Shown here: positions 9,243 through 18,543 of the stretch, piece after piece
Layout: each line of letters opens with the position of its first letter
Numbering within the stretch: position 1 is the stretch's first letter
DNA from: an uncultured Actinomycetes bacterium
Lineage (GTDB): Bacteria > Actinomycetota > Thermoleophilia > Gaiellales > Gaiellaceae
Assembly: GCA_963839745.1 (NCBI GenBank)
Contig: CAWIWC010000010.1
Span: 508,410 to 572,409, forward strand
Direction: 5' to 3'
DNA length: 64,000 nt
Made by a program: the position numbers and the translations under genes
Notes under the pieces: model-generated
Databases searched by the model: none
The model's input: the letters and a program-made list of their open reading frames with translations, nothing else
Told to the model about the DNA's origin: nothing

Positions 9243-9431
9243 ATGACTTGTTCTGGCTCTGGTCCATCCTGGGCCATCATCGTCTGGGTAGCCATCGCGT
9301 TCTGGCCGGCCCGGGTTGCCGCCCGCAAGGGGCACAGCTTCTTCCTCTACTTCCTCTTCAGCCTGGTCTTCTTCCCGCTCGCGCTGTTCTTTGCCTACAT
9401 GGTCGACGATCGAAGCTTGGCGCCGGCCTGA
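9243..9431 (+). CDS. Small (62-aa) two-helix membrane protein, function unknown
   Basis: ORF 9243..9431 has the RBS GAAGGAGG directly upstream and two hydrophobic segments. Confidence 0.45.
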   Translation: MTCSGSGPSWAIIVWVAIAFWPARVAARKGHSFFLYFLFSLVFFPLALFFAYMVDDRSLAPA

Positions 9432-9453
9432 GAGGAGCCTGGAGGGCGCGACG

Positions 9454-10393
9454 ATGAGCGACATCGAGGATCAACGGCTCGAACCCGCGGAGGGCGGCCA
9501 GGCGGCCGACGCTGGCCGCAGCGAGCGAGCCCGCGCCAAGCTCGGCGCCGCGAAGGAGAGCGCCAAGGGCGCGAGCGAACGGCACGTGGCCCTCGCAGTT
9601 CCGATCCGGGCGGTGGAACGAAACCGGCGTGTCGCGGCGAGCGTCCTCGCCGGGGGACTGGCGTACAGGTTCTTCCTGTGGCTGCTGCCGTTCGGCTTGA
9701 TCGTCGGCGGCGCTCTCGGCCTCAGCGACGCTAAAGACACCGAGGACGCGGTCGAGGGCGGCGGCGTCCCGGCGGCGATCTCCAACGCGATCGGCGATGC
9801 CTCGCGTGCCGCCGAGTCCAACTCGTGGTGGCTCTTCGCGGTCGGAGTGCCCCTTCTCTTCTGGGCGGGTTTCACAGGCGCCAAGGCGGTAGTGCTCGTT
9901 CATTCGCTCGTCTGGGACGAGCCTCCCTCGAGGGCCAAGCCGGTGGGGTCACTTGTGTTCACGGGCATGCTCTGTGCGGCCATCATCACCGTCGCGCTCA
10001 GCTCGTGGTTCGCCGACGTCGCGTGGCACGGCCTCCTGGCGGCCGCGCTCACGATCGCACCGCTCACCGGGCTGTGGCTCTGGGTTTCACTTCACCTTCC
10101 GCACCGGGACGCTCCCTGGCGGGCGCTGCTGCCCGGCGCAGCTCCTCATCGGGGTCGGAGTCCCACTGCTCAGCGGACTGGTCGACGCCTTCCTCGTGGA
10201 TGAGCTCGCGAAGTCGACCTCGCTGTACGGCGGTCTCGGCGCCGCGACGACGCTCATCTTCTTCGTCTACCTCCTCGGGATCCTCGTCGTCAGCTCACCG
10301 GTGCTGAACAGCTCGCTCTACGAGGAGCTCCTCAGGAAGGGCGAGCAGGCCGAGGGCGAGGCGACGGGCTCGCCGGGGGCTTCACCCGCATGA
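9454..10393 (+). pseudogene. YihY/BrkB family membrane protein, copy 2 (frame change near nt 10140)
   Basis: The N-terminal 230 aa lie in the 9316..10203 frame (AGGLAYRFFLWLLPF). The C-terminus continues in the 9953..10393 frame (QLLIGVGVPLLSGLVDAFLVDELAKSTSLYGGLGAATTLIFF), colinear with copy 1. Confidence 0.7.
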
Positions 10394-10412
10394 AACCGGA
10401 GGACTGAGAACG

Positions 10413-10873
10413 ATGAACGAGGACCCCGCCGACACTCCGAACGAGACGAGGCTCGAACGGTGGCTCGAGCGTTGGGTGGCCCGCGCCGTGACGCCGCGGG
10501 GGGCCGCCGTCGTGATCGCCTCCGCGACGGTCGCGGATCACCGTCCCCGCCGGGACCCTGATGACGGTCCTCGACCGCGAGAACTACCCGACGATCGGCT
10601 CCGGGCTGTGGTGGGCGGTGCAGACGACCACGACGGTCGGGTACGGCGACAACGTTCCGACGACCTAGCGCCGGACGGTTCCTCGCCGCGTTCGTCATGC
10701 TGGTCGGCATCGGCTTCCTGACCGTCATCACCGCCGCGATCACGAGCACATTCGTGTCGCGCTCGCGCCTCGAGCCGGCCGACTCGGACGCCGAGACCTC
10801 GATTGCCGAGCAGCTCCGTCAGATCAACGCGCGGCTCGAGCGAATCGAGACGCGCAAGAGCGATCCCTCGTAA
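10413..10873 (+). pseudogene. Small 2-TM (KcsA-like) potassium channel, two frame disruptions
   Basis: The selectivity filter is intact (WWAVQTTTTVGYGD) and is followed by GRFLAAFVMLVGIGFLTVITAAITSTF in another frame. The frame changes near 10535 and near 10665, and a TAG sits right after the filter in the filter frame. Confidence 0.7.
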
Positions 10874-11001
10874 CGCCTGCTGAGGGCGCCCGCTCGAGCG
10901 AGCGTGTGGATCGCGTAGGACGATGGCGAGGCCGAGCCGTCGTAGCGACCCAGGCCAGCCTGTCGCCGTACGCGAAGACGGCACCCATCGAGAGCTGCAC
11001 G

Positions 11002-12105
11002 TTACAGGCCGCCTGAGCGTGAGCGCGAGGGTGATTCGAGGATCCGCTGTACGCTCGGCTCGGCTCGGTCGGCCACGAGGGTGAAGAAGCCTCTCGACCG
11101 AAGCCGGCCGACGGCGATGGCCGCGATCACGGTGAACGGCACGGCCAGGAGGAGGCCGACGATGCCGAAGAGGAAGCCGCCGAGCGCGGTGACGATGAGG
11201 ACGAGCAGCGGGTGGATGTCGAGGGTGCGGCCCATCACGCGGGGCTCGACGAAGTTCTCGAGCATCAGGTTTGCGGCGAGAACGATGAGGAGCATGACGG
11301 CAGCGACGCCGAGCCCGCCGTCGCCATAGGCGACGATGACGGCGAGCCCGCCGCCGAGGAAGGCACCGATGTAGGGGATGTAGCCGCCGATGAAGTTCGC
11401 CACGACGATGGTGAAGACGAGCGGGAGGCCGAGCAGGAGGCTGGCGAGACCGACGACCGCCGCGACGATCGCGGACATGGCGGTGCGGCCCCGCCCGTAG
11501 CTGCGGAGAATTCGGCATGCATCGTCGACGAAGGTGTCGAAGTCGTCACGGATCGATGGGGAGACCTGCGCGACGACGGAGCGCCGGAGGCTGGTGCCAT
11601 CCTTGAGGAGGTAGAAGATGATCAGCGCGCCGAGGATCAGGCCACCGGCGAGGCCGATCAGTGCGTGGATGCCGGAGACGATCTTGGTGATGAAGCCTTC
11701 GGCGACCGCAGGCGAGGTTTCTTCGGCTGCTGCCCGGGCGTCGGTCAGCGCATCCTGATCGACATCGAGCTCAGCGCTCGCCTTGTCGATGGCCGCATCG
11801 ACTGAGACGCCGATCTCGTCCGTCTGCAGGATGAGCCTCCGCGCGGTGGCGACAAGGACGAGGGTCATCAAGGCGAGCAGACCGAGGACGACCAGGCCGG
11901 CGGCGAGGGTGGGCTTGAGCCCGTGGCGCTCGAGCTACCCGACAAGGGGCTTGAAGACCACGGCGAGAACGGCCGCGAAGAACAGGGGAAGAACGATCTC
12001 GCTCACGGCGCCGAACGCGGTGACGACGATGAGCGTCGCCGCGACGAATCCGACGAAGGTCCAAGACCAGATTCCGATTTTGGGAAACGAGGTTTCGTTC
12101 TTCAT
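11002..12105 (-). pseudogene. AI-2E family transporter, third copy, interrupted by a single in-frame TAG
   Basis: An ATG at 12105 (MKNETSFPKIGIWSWTF...) is in frame with ORF 11002..11871. One TAG (complement of 11935-11937) lies in KPLVG*LERHGLKP. It falls where paralogs carry an aromatic residue (Y in copies A/B; W is common in the family). The downstream motif FIGGYIPYIGAFLGGGLAV is present. Confidence 0.75.
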
Positions 12106-12146
12106 CTCGATCGCCTCGTGGCTTTCACGAAGCGCGAGGTGAACGC

Positions 12147-12183
12147 GGATCGAGGGAGCTCGGTCAGCCGCGCCCCTCGATCC
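12147..12183 (-). terminator. Hairpin downstream of the 12199..12609 gene (terminator-like, no U-tract)
   Basis: There is a 10-bp perfect inverted repeat, GGATCGAGGG (12147-12156) and CCCTCGATCC (12174-12183), with a 17-nt loop. Confidence 0.4.
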
Positions 12184-12198
12184 GGTCCGGAAGTCCGC

Positions 12199-12609
12199 TC
12201 AGGCCACGGACGCCTTGAAGCCCTGCCAGCGCGCCGTCAGGGCGTAGAGCACGAGGATGTTGAGCGTGACGATCAGGATGTTCCAGAGCGGATACGCCTG
12301 GGGGTAGTTCGCCATGAACGCGATCTGGCCGATCGCATTGACGGCCACGCCGATGATCGCGACCCAGCGTGCCCAGCCGGCCCCACCGATCAGGCCGAGG
12401 CCGGTGAGGATGAGCAGGCCGCCCCAGATGAGCGTCATCCAGCCCCACGTCGTCACGTCGACGATCGCGAGGCCCTTGGCCGTGGCCACGACGTATTCGT
12501 CTTCCAGAATCCCGACGAAGCCCTGAATCACGTCGAGCGCGCCGACGATGATGAGCACGAAGGCGGCGAAGACGATCCACCCGCTCCACGAAGAGTCTTC
12601 CGATGCCAT
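12199..12609 (-). CDS. Small 4-TM integral membrane protein (conserved actinobacterial type, family not confidently named)
   Basis: I chose the ATG at 12609 (MASEDSSWSGW) with AAAGGAG upstream. The protein has four hydrophobic helices and a Trp-rich motif (TTWGWMTLIWGGLLIL). Confidence 0.6.
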   Translation of the reverse strand: MASEDSSWSGWIVFAAFVLIIVGALDVIQGFVGILEDEYVVATAKGLAIVDVTTWGWMTLIWGGLLILTGLGLIGGAGWARWVAIIGVAVNAIGQIAFMANYPQAYPLWNILIVTLNILVLYALTARWQGFKASVA

Positions 12610-12783
12610 AGCGATTGCTCCTTTCGAATTGCGCTTGAGACGCAAGGAAAGGTGTCGCGGCCGAGACCGCTAGGCATCGCACGCTCTGGGCGAATCGCGC
12701 CCAGGGCGCCACCGGGCGCGTTGACCGACGGGTCACACAGATTGGATGATGTGGCGACGGGAGGCGGGCGCGACCATCGAGGC

Positions 12784-13989
12784 ATGAGCGAGGTCGCTGC
12801 ACCAGCGCCAGCCCAGCCATCGGTCGTTGACCCGTTCAATGAGCCGTCCCGCCCCAGGCGGCTGCTTAAGGTCGCCGGCTGGCTGGTCGGGATCGCGCTC
12901 GTCGTCGTCGTCCTGAATCTGCTTGGAGTCGATGTGATCGGCTGGCTGAAGGATCTCTGGGCCGAGATCAAGGAGGTCCCGAACCGGCTAGATGGTCTCC
13001 AGGGCTCTGTTCTTCCAGACCGGCCAGACGGTCTTCGCCGGCCTTTCGTACTACGGCATCCTGCGGGCGGCCTATCCGGGGCAGGTCGATTTCTGGCCGA
13101 TCGTGACCGCCTACGCCGTCGGCGTGGCGATGAACAACTTCCTGCCGGCGAACATTGGCACGTTCGCGACGCTGGTCATGTTCGTCGCCATCATCCCGGC
13201 CTGAATCATCGGGCGCGCTCGCCGCCTACTGGTTGAGAAGATCTTCTTCACGATTGCCGGCACGTTCGTTTTCTACTTGTATCTGTTCCTGTCGGTGCCC
13301 GGCTCGTTCGACGCGAGCCTCGGGAACATCTCCGAGAACCCTGTGGTGACGGTCGTGATCGCGGTCGGTGCTGTCGTCTTGATCGTGCTCCTGGCGCGCA
13401 TCTTCTGGCGGCAGCTGAAGAAGCTCTGGGTGAAGGCGAAGCAGGGAGGTAGTGATCCTCTCTCGTTGGAAGGAGTACTGAATGCATTCGTTTCTGCCGG
13501 CCTTTCTGTCCTGGGCTGTGCAAGCTCGCGGTGATCGGGATCTTCCTCGTGGGTTTCACGATCCCGGTCACCTTCGAGTCGGTCATGTGGGTGGCGGGCT
13601 CGGGCTCGCTTGCGAACGTCGTCTCGGTCACCCCCGGTGCGGTCGGCATCACGCAGGCAACGAACGCGCTCGCGCTCGACACCTGCTGCGACGACGCAAC
13701 AGCACCGCGGTCAGCTACTCGACCGCGCAGCAGCTGATCATCGTCCGCCTGGAACGTCCTCTTTGCGATCGTCCTCGTCGTCTCGGTCTTCGGCTGGAAG
13801 GGCGGCAAGCAGCTCGTCACGCAGTCGTACGCGGACGCGAAGGTCAAGGTTTCCGAGCAGAAGGCAGAGCACGCCGAGAAGAAGGCGGAGAAGAAGGCAG
13901 CGTGCGAAGCGTCCGGCCAAAGCCGGTTTCGTCGCCGCCACGACAACGGGGCCGCGGAGAATCCGCACCCCCCGGAGGAGGAGAACTAG
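12784..13989 (+). pseudogene. LPG-synthase-TM-like (UPF0104) membrane protein, copy 2, at least 5 frame changes
   Basis: Colinear pieces lie in three frames:
- MSEVAAPAP...VIGWLKDLWAEIKEVP;
- LFFQTGQTVFAGLSYYGILRAAYPGQVDFWPIVTAYAVGVAMNNFLPANIGTFATLVMF;
- FYLYLFLSVPGSFD...;
- IGIFLVGFTIPVTFESVMWVAGSGSLANVVSVTPGAVGITQATNAL;
- a Lys/Glu-rich tail ending at the TAG at 13987-13989. Confidence 0.6.
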
Positions 13990-16060
13990 ATGACTAGCGG
14001 TCCCGAGCCGTCCTACGGCCAGTCCACGGCCTGGCAGCCCGAGCGTCCCCGTTTGCGGCTGTTCCCGCTCCTCGTCTCGTGGTTCGCGACGGGCGTCGCC
14101 CTGATGGTGGCCGCGGCGATCTTGCCGGGCGTCGACATCGGCGGCTTTTGGGGCGCGCTTCTCGTCGCCGTCATCGTCGCGGCGCTGAACGCGGTCATCC
14201 CGCCCGTGCTCGCCGCGTTGCGCCTGCCGCTCACGCTCGTCCTCGGCTTCCTGCTCGTCCTGGTCGCGGACGCCCTCATCCTCCGATCGCCGCCGACCTG
14301 AACATCACCGACGGGGTGTTCACGGTCGACAACTTCGGCTGGGCGCTGCTCGCTGCGCTCGTTGTCGCGGCGGTCAGCGTCGTGCTCGCCGTCATCCTCG
14401 GCTCGGATGACATGTCCTCGATCCGCATCGCGCAACGGATCGCGCGCCGGCAGGGGATCATCGCCAGCACCGACGTCCCCGGGATCATCTTCCTCGAGAT
14501 CGACGGGCTCGCACTGCCCGTGCTGCGCCGGGCGATGCGCGACGGCAACGCGCCGACCATGGCCCGCTGGCTGGCCGACGACACGCACCGCCTGGCCGAG
14601 TGGGAGACCGATCTCTCCTCGCAGACGGGCGCCAGCCAGGCGGGGATCCTGCTCGGCTCGAACGAGGACATCTCGGCCTTCCGCTGGGTGGAGAAGGAGA
14701 CCGCGACGCTGATGACCTGCTCGGCGCCGCCGGATTGCGCGGAGATCGAACGGCGCCACGCGACCGGCATCGGCCTGCTCGCAACGGCGGCGCCAGCCGC
14801 GGAAACCTCCTCTCCGGCGAGGCGGAGGACGTGATCCTCACGGTCAGCCGCATGGAGGCGGAGAAGAAGTCGAACCCCGGCTATCGGGCGTTCTTCGCCA
14901 ACGGCGACAACGTGACGCGGACGCTCGTCCTCTTCGGCTGGGAGGTCATCCTCGAGTGGACGGCCGCGCTGCGCGCGAACCGCCGGGACGTGCAGCCGCG
15001 CGGCCACCGCGGCGGCATCTACCCGTTCATGAGGGCGGCGCTCTGCGTCTTCGTGCGCGACCTGATCGTCTCTGGCGTCCTCACCGACATGATGCGCGGG
15101 CGGCCCGCCGTCTACGCGACCTTTTCGAGCTACGACGAGGTCGCGCACCACTCGGGGCTCGAGCGCGCCGACACGCTCGAGGCCCTGCGCAAGCTGGACG
15201 ACCAGTTCGCGCACATCGAGCACGCCTGCCGCTACGCACCGCGTCCGTACGAGATCGTCGTCCTCTCCGACCACGGGCAGACGCAGGGCGCGACCTTCAA
15301 GCAGCGCAACGGCTACGGCCTCGACGAGCTCGTCGAGCGCTCGCTCGCGCAGGGCGACGTCGAGGGAATCGCCGGCGGGGACGAGCAGAGCTCGATGGTC
15401 GGCAACGCCTTCAGCGAGGCGACGGGGAAGAAGGCGAAGCGGCCCAAGAACGATGTCTCCGACCAGGACGTCGTCGTGCTCGGCTCCGGCAACCTCGGCC
15501 TCGTCTACCTGATGGAGGAGCGCCGCCGGCTGACGCTCGAGGAGATCGAGAGCGGCACCCGAAGCTCATACCACGCCCTCCGCGCGCATCCTCACGTCGG
15601 CTGGCTGCTCGTCGCTCGTCCGAGCACGGGGCGGTCGCGCTCGGCGCCGACGGCGCCCACTACCTCGCGGAGGGCCGCGTCGAGGGCGAGGACCCGCTCG
15701 CGCCCTTCTCGCCGCACCGCACCGCAGCATCTGCTGCGCACCGACGGCTTCCAGCACGTCGCCGACATCATGGTCGGCAGCTTCTACGACCCCGAGCTCG
15801 ACGAGGGCTGCGCCTTCGAGGAGCTGATCTGCTTCCACGGCGGCATCGGCGGGCTGCAGACGCGGCCGTTCATCCTCCACCCGGTGCACCTCGAGGTGCC
15901 CGCCGGAGCCGATCATCGGCGCCGCGAGCGTCCACGGCATCCTCGCGGGCTGGCGGAATCAGCTGCAGTCCGGGGCGGACGACGAGGTGGAAGCCCATGC
16001 CGAGCAGGCGCGGTCGGACGGCGCCGTCGAACAACCGGTTGCACCCACGGGTCAGCCAGC
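13990..16060 (+). pseudogene. Holin-like 4-TM N-terminal domain fused to an alkaline-phosphatase-superfamily (nucleotide pyrophosphatase/phosphodiesterase-like) domain; at least 4 frame changes; 3' end approximate
   Basis: The N-terminus is LFPLLVSWFATGVALMVAAAILPGVDIGGFWGALLVAVIVAALNAVIPPVL. The gene continues in other frames with DVPGIIFLEIDGLALPVLRRAMRDGNAPTMARW, SQTGASQAGILLG, YATFSSYDEVAHHSG, VVLSDHGQT and FHGGIGGLQTRPFILHP. No stop occurs before the hairpin at 16071, so the true end is unresolved. Confidence 0.6.
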
Positions 16061-16070
16061 AGGCAACTGG

Positions 16071-16102
16071 AGCTGCCGACAGCGCGCGTTCCGTCGGCAG
16101 CT
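16071..16102 (+). terminator. Terminator-like hairpin
   Basis: A 10-bp perfect stem, AGCTGCCGAC / GTCGGCAGCT, has a 12-nt loop and is followed by GCTTCAGCGAAAAACGCC. Confidence 0.3.
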
Positions 16103-16538
16103 GCTTCAGCGAAAAACGCCACGCGCCTCGTCGCCGAGTCACATGCCTTCCCGAGGCACATTCCCTGCCGTCCAAGCGAGCAATGATCACGAAGATCCTG
16201 TCGAGGATATTCTCGCGCTTCGGCGAGGAGCCTCTCCCTCGTTGATCGTCCGAACAGCCTCGGCCAGTGCTTCTCTGGAATCCCCTGAGCGCGTCGATGC
16301 CGCGGGAGATGGCCGCGCGGAGCTTATCGGCAGTCACGCGCAGCAGAGGTCGGCGCTCTCGGTCCGGCCGCGCAAGCGCGATGGTGGCTTCGACCTTCAA
16401 GAGCGGCATGCCGAGCGAGCGCGCACGGATACAGGCCTCGACGAGATCCGTCCGAGCGGCTGCGCCGGATCGGAACCGCTGTTAGTGCGGCCGGAGTGTG
16501 TCCTCGACGATCTAGGCATCGCTTACGCCCGGGATCTA

Positions 16539-16727
16539 TCAGGATTCACGGATCGATGACCCTTGTTCCGCCGCCGAAACAATGAGATGCGGCGCTTCCG
16601 GCATGAGGCCTGCGACGCCGCCAGCGATGGGCCCAGCTTTCAGGAGCCTGCTCTTGTTCAAGCCGTCGCGCAGCTCGCCGAGCGAACGATAGTCGTTCCC
16701 GTTCGCTTTCCCTCTTGAAGTTCCCAT
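16539..16727 (-). CDS. Small hypothetical protein (62 aa)
   Basis: An internal ATG of ORF 16539..16826 (MGTSRGKANGNDYRSLGELRDGL...) is preceded by GGGAGGG at a suitable spacing. The local GC is lower than the surroundings. I recognise no family. Confidence 0.3.
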   Translation of the reverse strand: MGTSRGKANGNDYRSLGELRDGLNKSRLLKAGPIAGGVAGLMPEAPHLIVSAAEQGSSIRES

Positions 16728-16764
16728 CTGAAGCCCTCCCGTTAGCGTTTTCCAGAAGCCCTCG

Positions 16765-17440
16765 TCATCGCTGGACAAGCTCACCCTGGTCACTGCTCGA
16801 CCGTCCTCGGATACCCATGCCGGCAAGCTCGTCCAGCTCCGGCTTGTTGTAGGACTTCAAGCCGCCGTTCGCCGTGTCCCGATTAACTCGCGTGCGGCGT
16901 GCCTTGCAGCTGCCGTCAGGTGCTCAGGAAACCCTCGGTCTCCCCGGTCCGTGTTCCGCATCGCTGGCTTGCTGATCCGCTTCGTCGGCGAGCTGCTTCG
17001 CCTGGCGATGGGCCTCCTCGGCCGCGGCGCGGGCGGCCTGCGCCGCTCGTCCGCCAGCCGCTTGGCCTCGGCGGGTGCCCCTGTTCCAGTCTCGACGGGC
17101 TCCTCGGCGCGCTCTTCGGCCCGCTCGGCATGGACGTGGGCTCCCTCGATCTCTTCGTCATTTTCGTGCTGGATTTCCTTCGATCCTCTGCTGCATCCGC
17201 CTCGGCGGCCTAGCGTCTCGCCGCACGAACTCGTCGGCGGTCTTCTGAGCCTTCCACGCGCTGCTTCACGTCCCGATTCGTCTCGCGCTCCACCTCCGTC
17301 ATTCGGGCGTGACCACGCTCGCTGACCTGGCGAGCGTAGGCAGCGCGAGCCTTGGACTCCCGCGCTGCTTCCAGGGCGCGCTCTTCGGCTTCCCGAGCAC
17401 GCTCGGCGGCCTCCTGTGCACGCCTCGCCCGGATCTCGAA
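16765..17440 (-). pseudogene. Glu/Arg/Ala-rich coiled-coil protein ending in a Rho-N/SAP-like helix-extended-helix motif; several frame changes
   Basis: Minus-strand pieces include AQEAAERAREAEERALEAARESKARAAYARQ.., KEIQHENDEEIEGAHVHAERAEERAEEP.., and the C-terminal KSYNKPELDELAGMGIRGRSS..GELV with the stop at 16765-16767. That last piece resembles the Rho termination factor N-terminal-type motif. The sequence is low-complexity, so the call is weak. Confidence 0.3.
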
Positions 17441-18072
17441 CTGAGTCCCCGCCGAAGGGCGTGGCGTCCGCCACGGCCGCGGCAGGCTTCAAGGCTTGGG
17501 CAAGTAGCCAGACAGAGTTGGACGGCATCTCACGACAGACCAGTTCGCATTCGCTCCAACAACTACATCAACCCCTTTGCGCCCCGAAGCTTTTAACACA
17601 GGGAGACGTTCCCTTCCAGGCGCCATGAAAACCTCAGAGAAGGCGGCTTTTGTCCTGTCCCGAGTGCGCCGAGCCGGAGTTCGGGTCATCCCGCCGAGGG
17701 TAGGGCGCCGTCCTAGCGCGGGTGCAGGTCGCCGCTACCGTTCGCCGGTGCCCGCGCCGAGCCCTCTTGACGGCCGCTGGCGTGTCCACCGGTGCGCCGG
17801 CCTCCTGCCGCCGTTCGGCGTCCGCAAGCGGATTGAGCGGGGCCGGGGCTGGACGCTCGTCGGTCAGGTTCCGGTGGCCTCCTTCGACGTCGCGGGCCTA
17901 CGTTGGTCTACCGCCACCTACCTGTTCGCGACGAACTCAGCGGCAGGCCGACGGAACGTGGCTCGGCGGGGCCTCCTATGGGACGCGGGTTTTGCCGCTC
18001 AGGCTCGTCGGAGCAGCAGACCTGGCCTCTAGGTCGGTGGTCGCCAGCTAGCCGGTACGCGGAAGGGACTCC

Positions 18073-18098
18073 GGGCCCGGTGAATCGCATCCGGGCCC
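18073..18098 (-). terminator. Hairpin just downstream of the 18115..18543 gene
   Basis: GGGCCCGG (18073-18080) pairs with CCGGGCCC (18091-18098) around a 10-nt loop. There is no U-tract. Confidence 0.4.
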
Positions 18099-18114
18099 CG
18101 GTCCCGCTTAGTTG

Positions 18115-18543
18115 TCAGACAGAGAGAAGTCGATCGAAGAACGAGCGGTAGCGTTGCAGCGCGATGCGAAGGTCCTCAGTCGAGACCTCGTCACCTCGAT
18201 CCCACTGCCCCTCGAGTCCCTTGCGCTCCTCGGCGAAGGAGTCGGCGAGCTGCTGCATCAGCTCCGCCACGAGCGTGTCCGCCTCTTCGACCGCGCGGCG
18301 AGGCTCGTCAACGAAGCCACCCTGAATCTTCTCCCAACGGCTGCGGACTTCGACCGTCGCTTCCTCTTCGAGCAGCGGACGGTGCTCGTCCTCCTCGTCA
18401 GCGACGGCTTCGGCGGCAGGCGGCGCCTGTTCACCAGAATCATTCGTGCCCGAGGCGATGTCCGCAGTGGTGGGACGTCTCTCGTCGGTCTCGCTGACGG
18501 GCTCTTCGGCAGAAGTCGTGGTGGACTCGTCTCGCTCCATCAT
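18115..18543 (-). CDS. Conserved hypothetical protein (acidic N-terminus, helical C-terminal W..IQ..FVD.PR.AV / STEDLR..L.RYRSFF module)
   Basis: This is a 142-aa intact ORF. I recall the C-terminal pattern RWEKIQGGFVDEPRRAVEEADTLVAELM...VSTEDLRIALQRYRSFFDRLL as a widespread actinobacterial hypothetical family. Confidence 0.6.
   Translation of the reverse strand: MMERDESTTTSAEEPVSETDERRPTTADIASGTNDSGEQAPPAAEAVADEEDEHRPLLEEEATVEVRSRWEKIQGGFVDEPRRAVEEADTLVAELMQQLADSFAEERKGLEGQWDRGDEVSTEDLRIALQRYRSFFDRLLSV

Noticed and set aside
11935-11937. Pyrrolysine or suppressor-mediated decoding of the in-frame TAG in the third AI-2E gene.
   Set aside because: No pyl genes or suppressor tRNA are visible in the window. 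The aligned position in paralogs is an ordinary aromatic residue one point mutation away from TAG. I keep this only as a remote possibility under the corresponding finding.
16200-16560. A possible PIN/VapC-like toxin remnant on the minus strand (…IVEDTLRPH*QRFRSGAAARTDLVEACIRARSLGMPLLKVEATIALARPD…).
   Set aside because: The resemblance is limited to one short C-terminal-like segment (SLGMPLL). In-frame stops are present and there is no N-terminal acidic PIN motif or adjacent antitoxin. This is insufficient evidence for a feature call.
18050-18100. The sequence GGAAGGGACTCCGGGCCC, which superficially resembles the RNase P RNA P4 element (GAGGAAAGTCCGGGC), and a GGTCAGGTTCCGG segment near 17860 that vaguely resembles the SRP RNA motif.
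   Set aside because: These are only short, imperfect matches, and the other universally conserved RNase P or SRP elements are absent nearby. The first is better explained as part of the terminator hairpin of the 18115..18543 gene.
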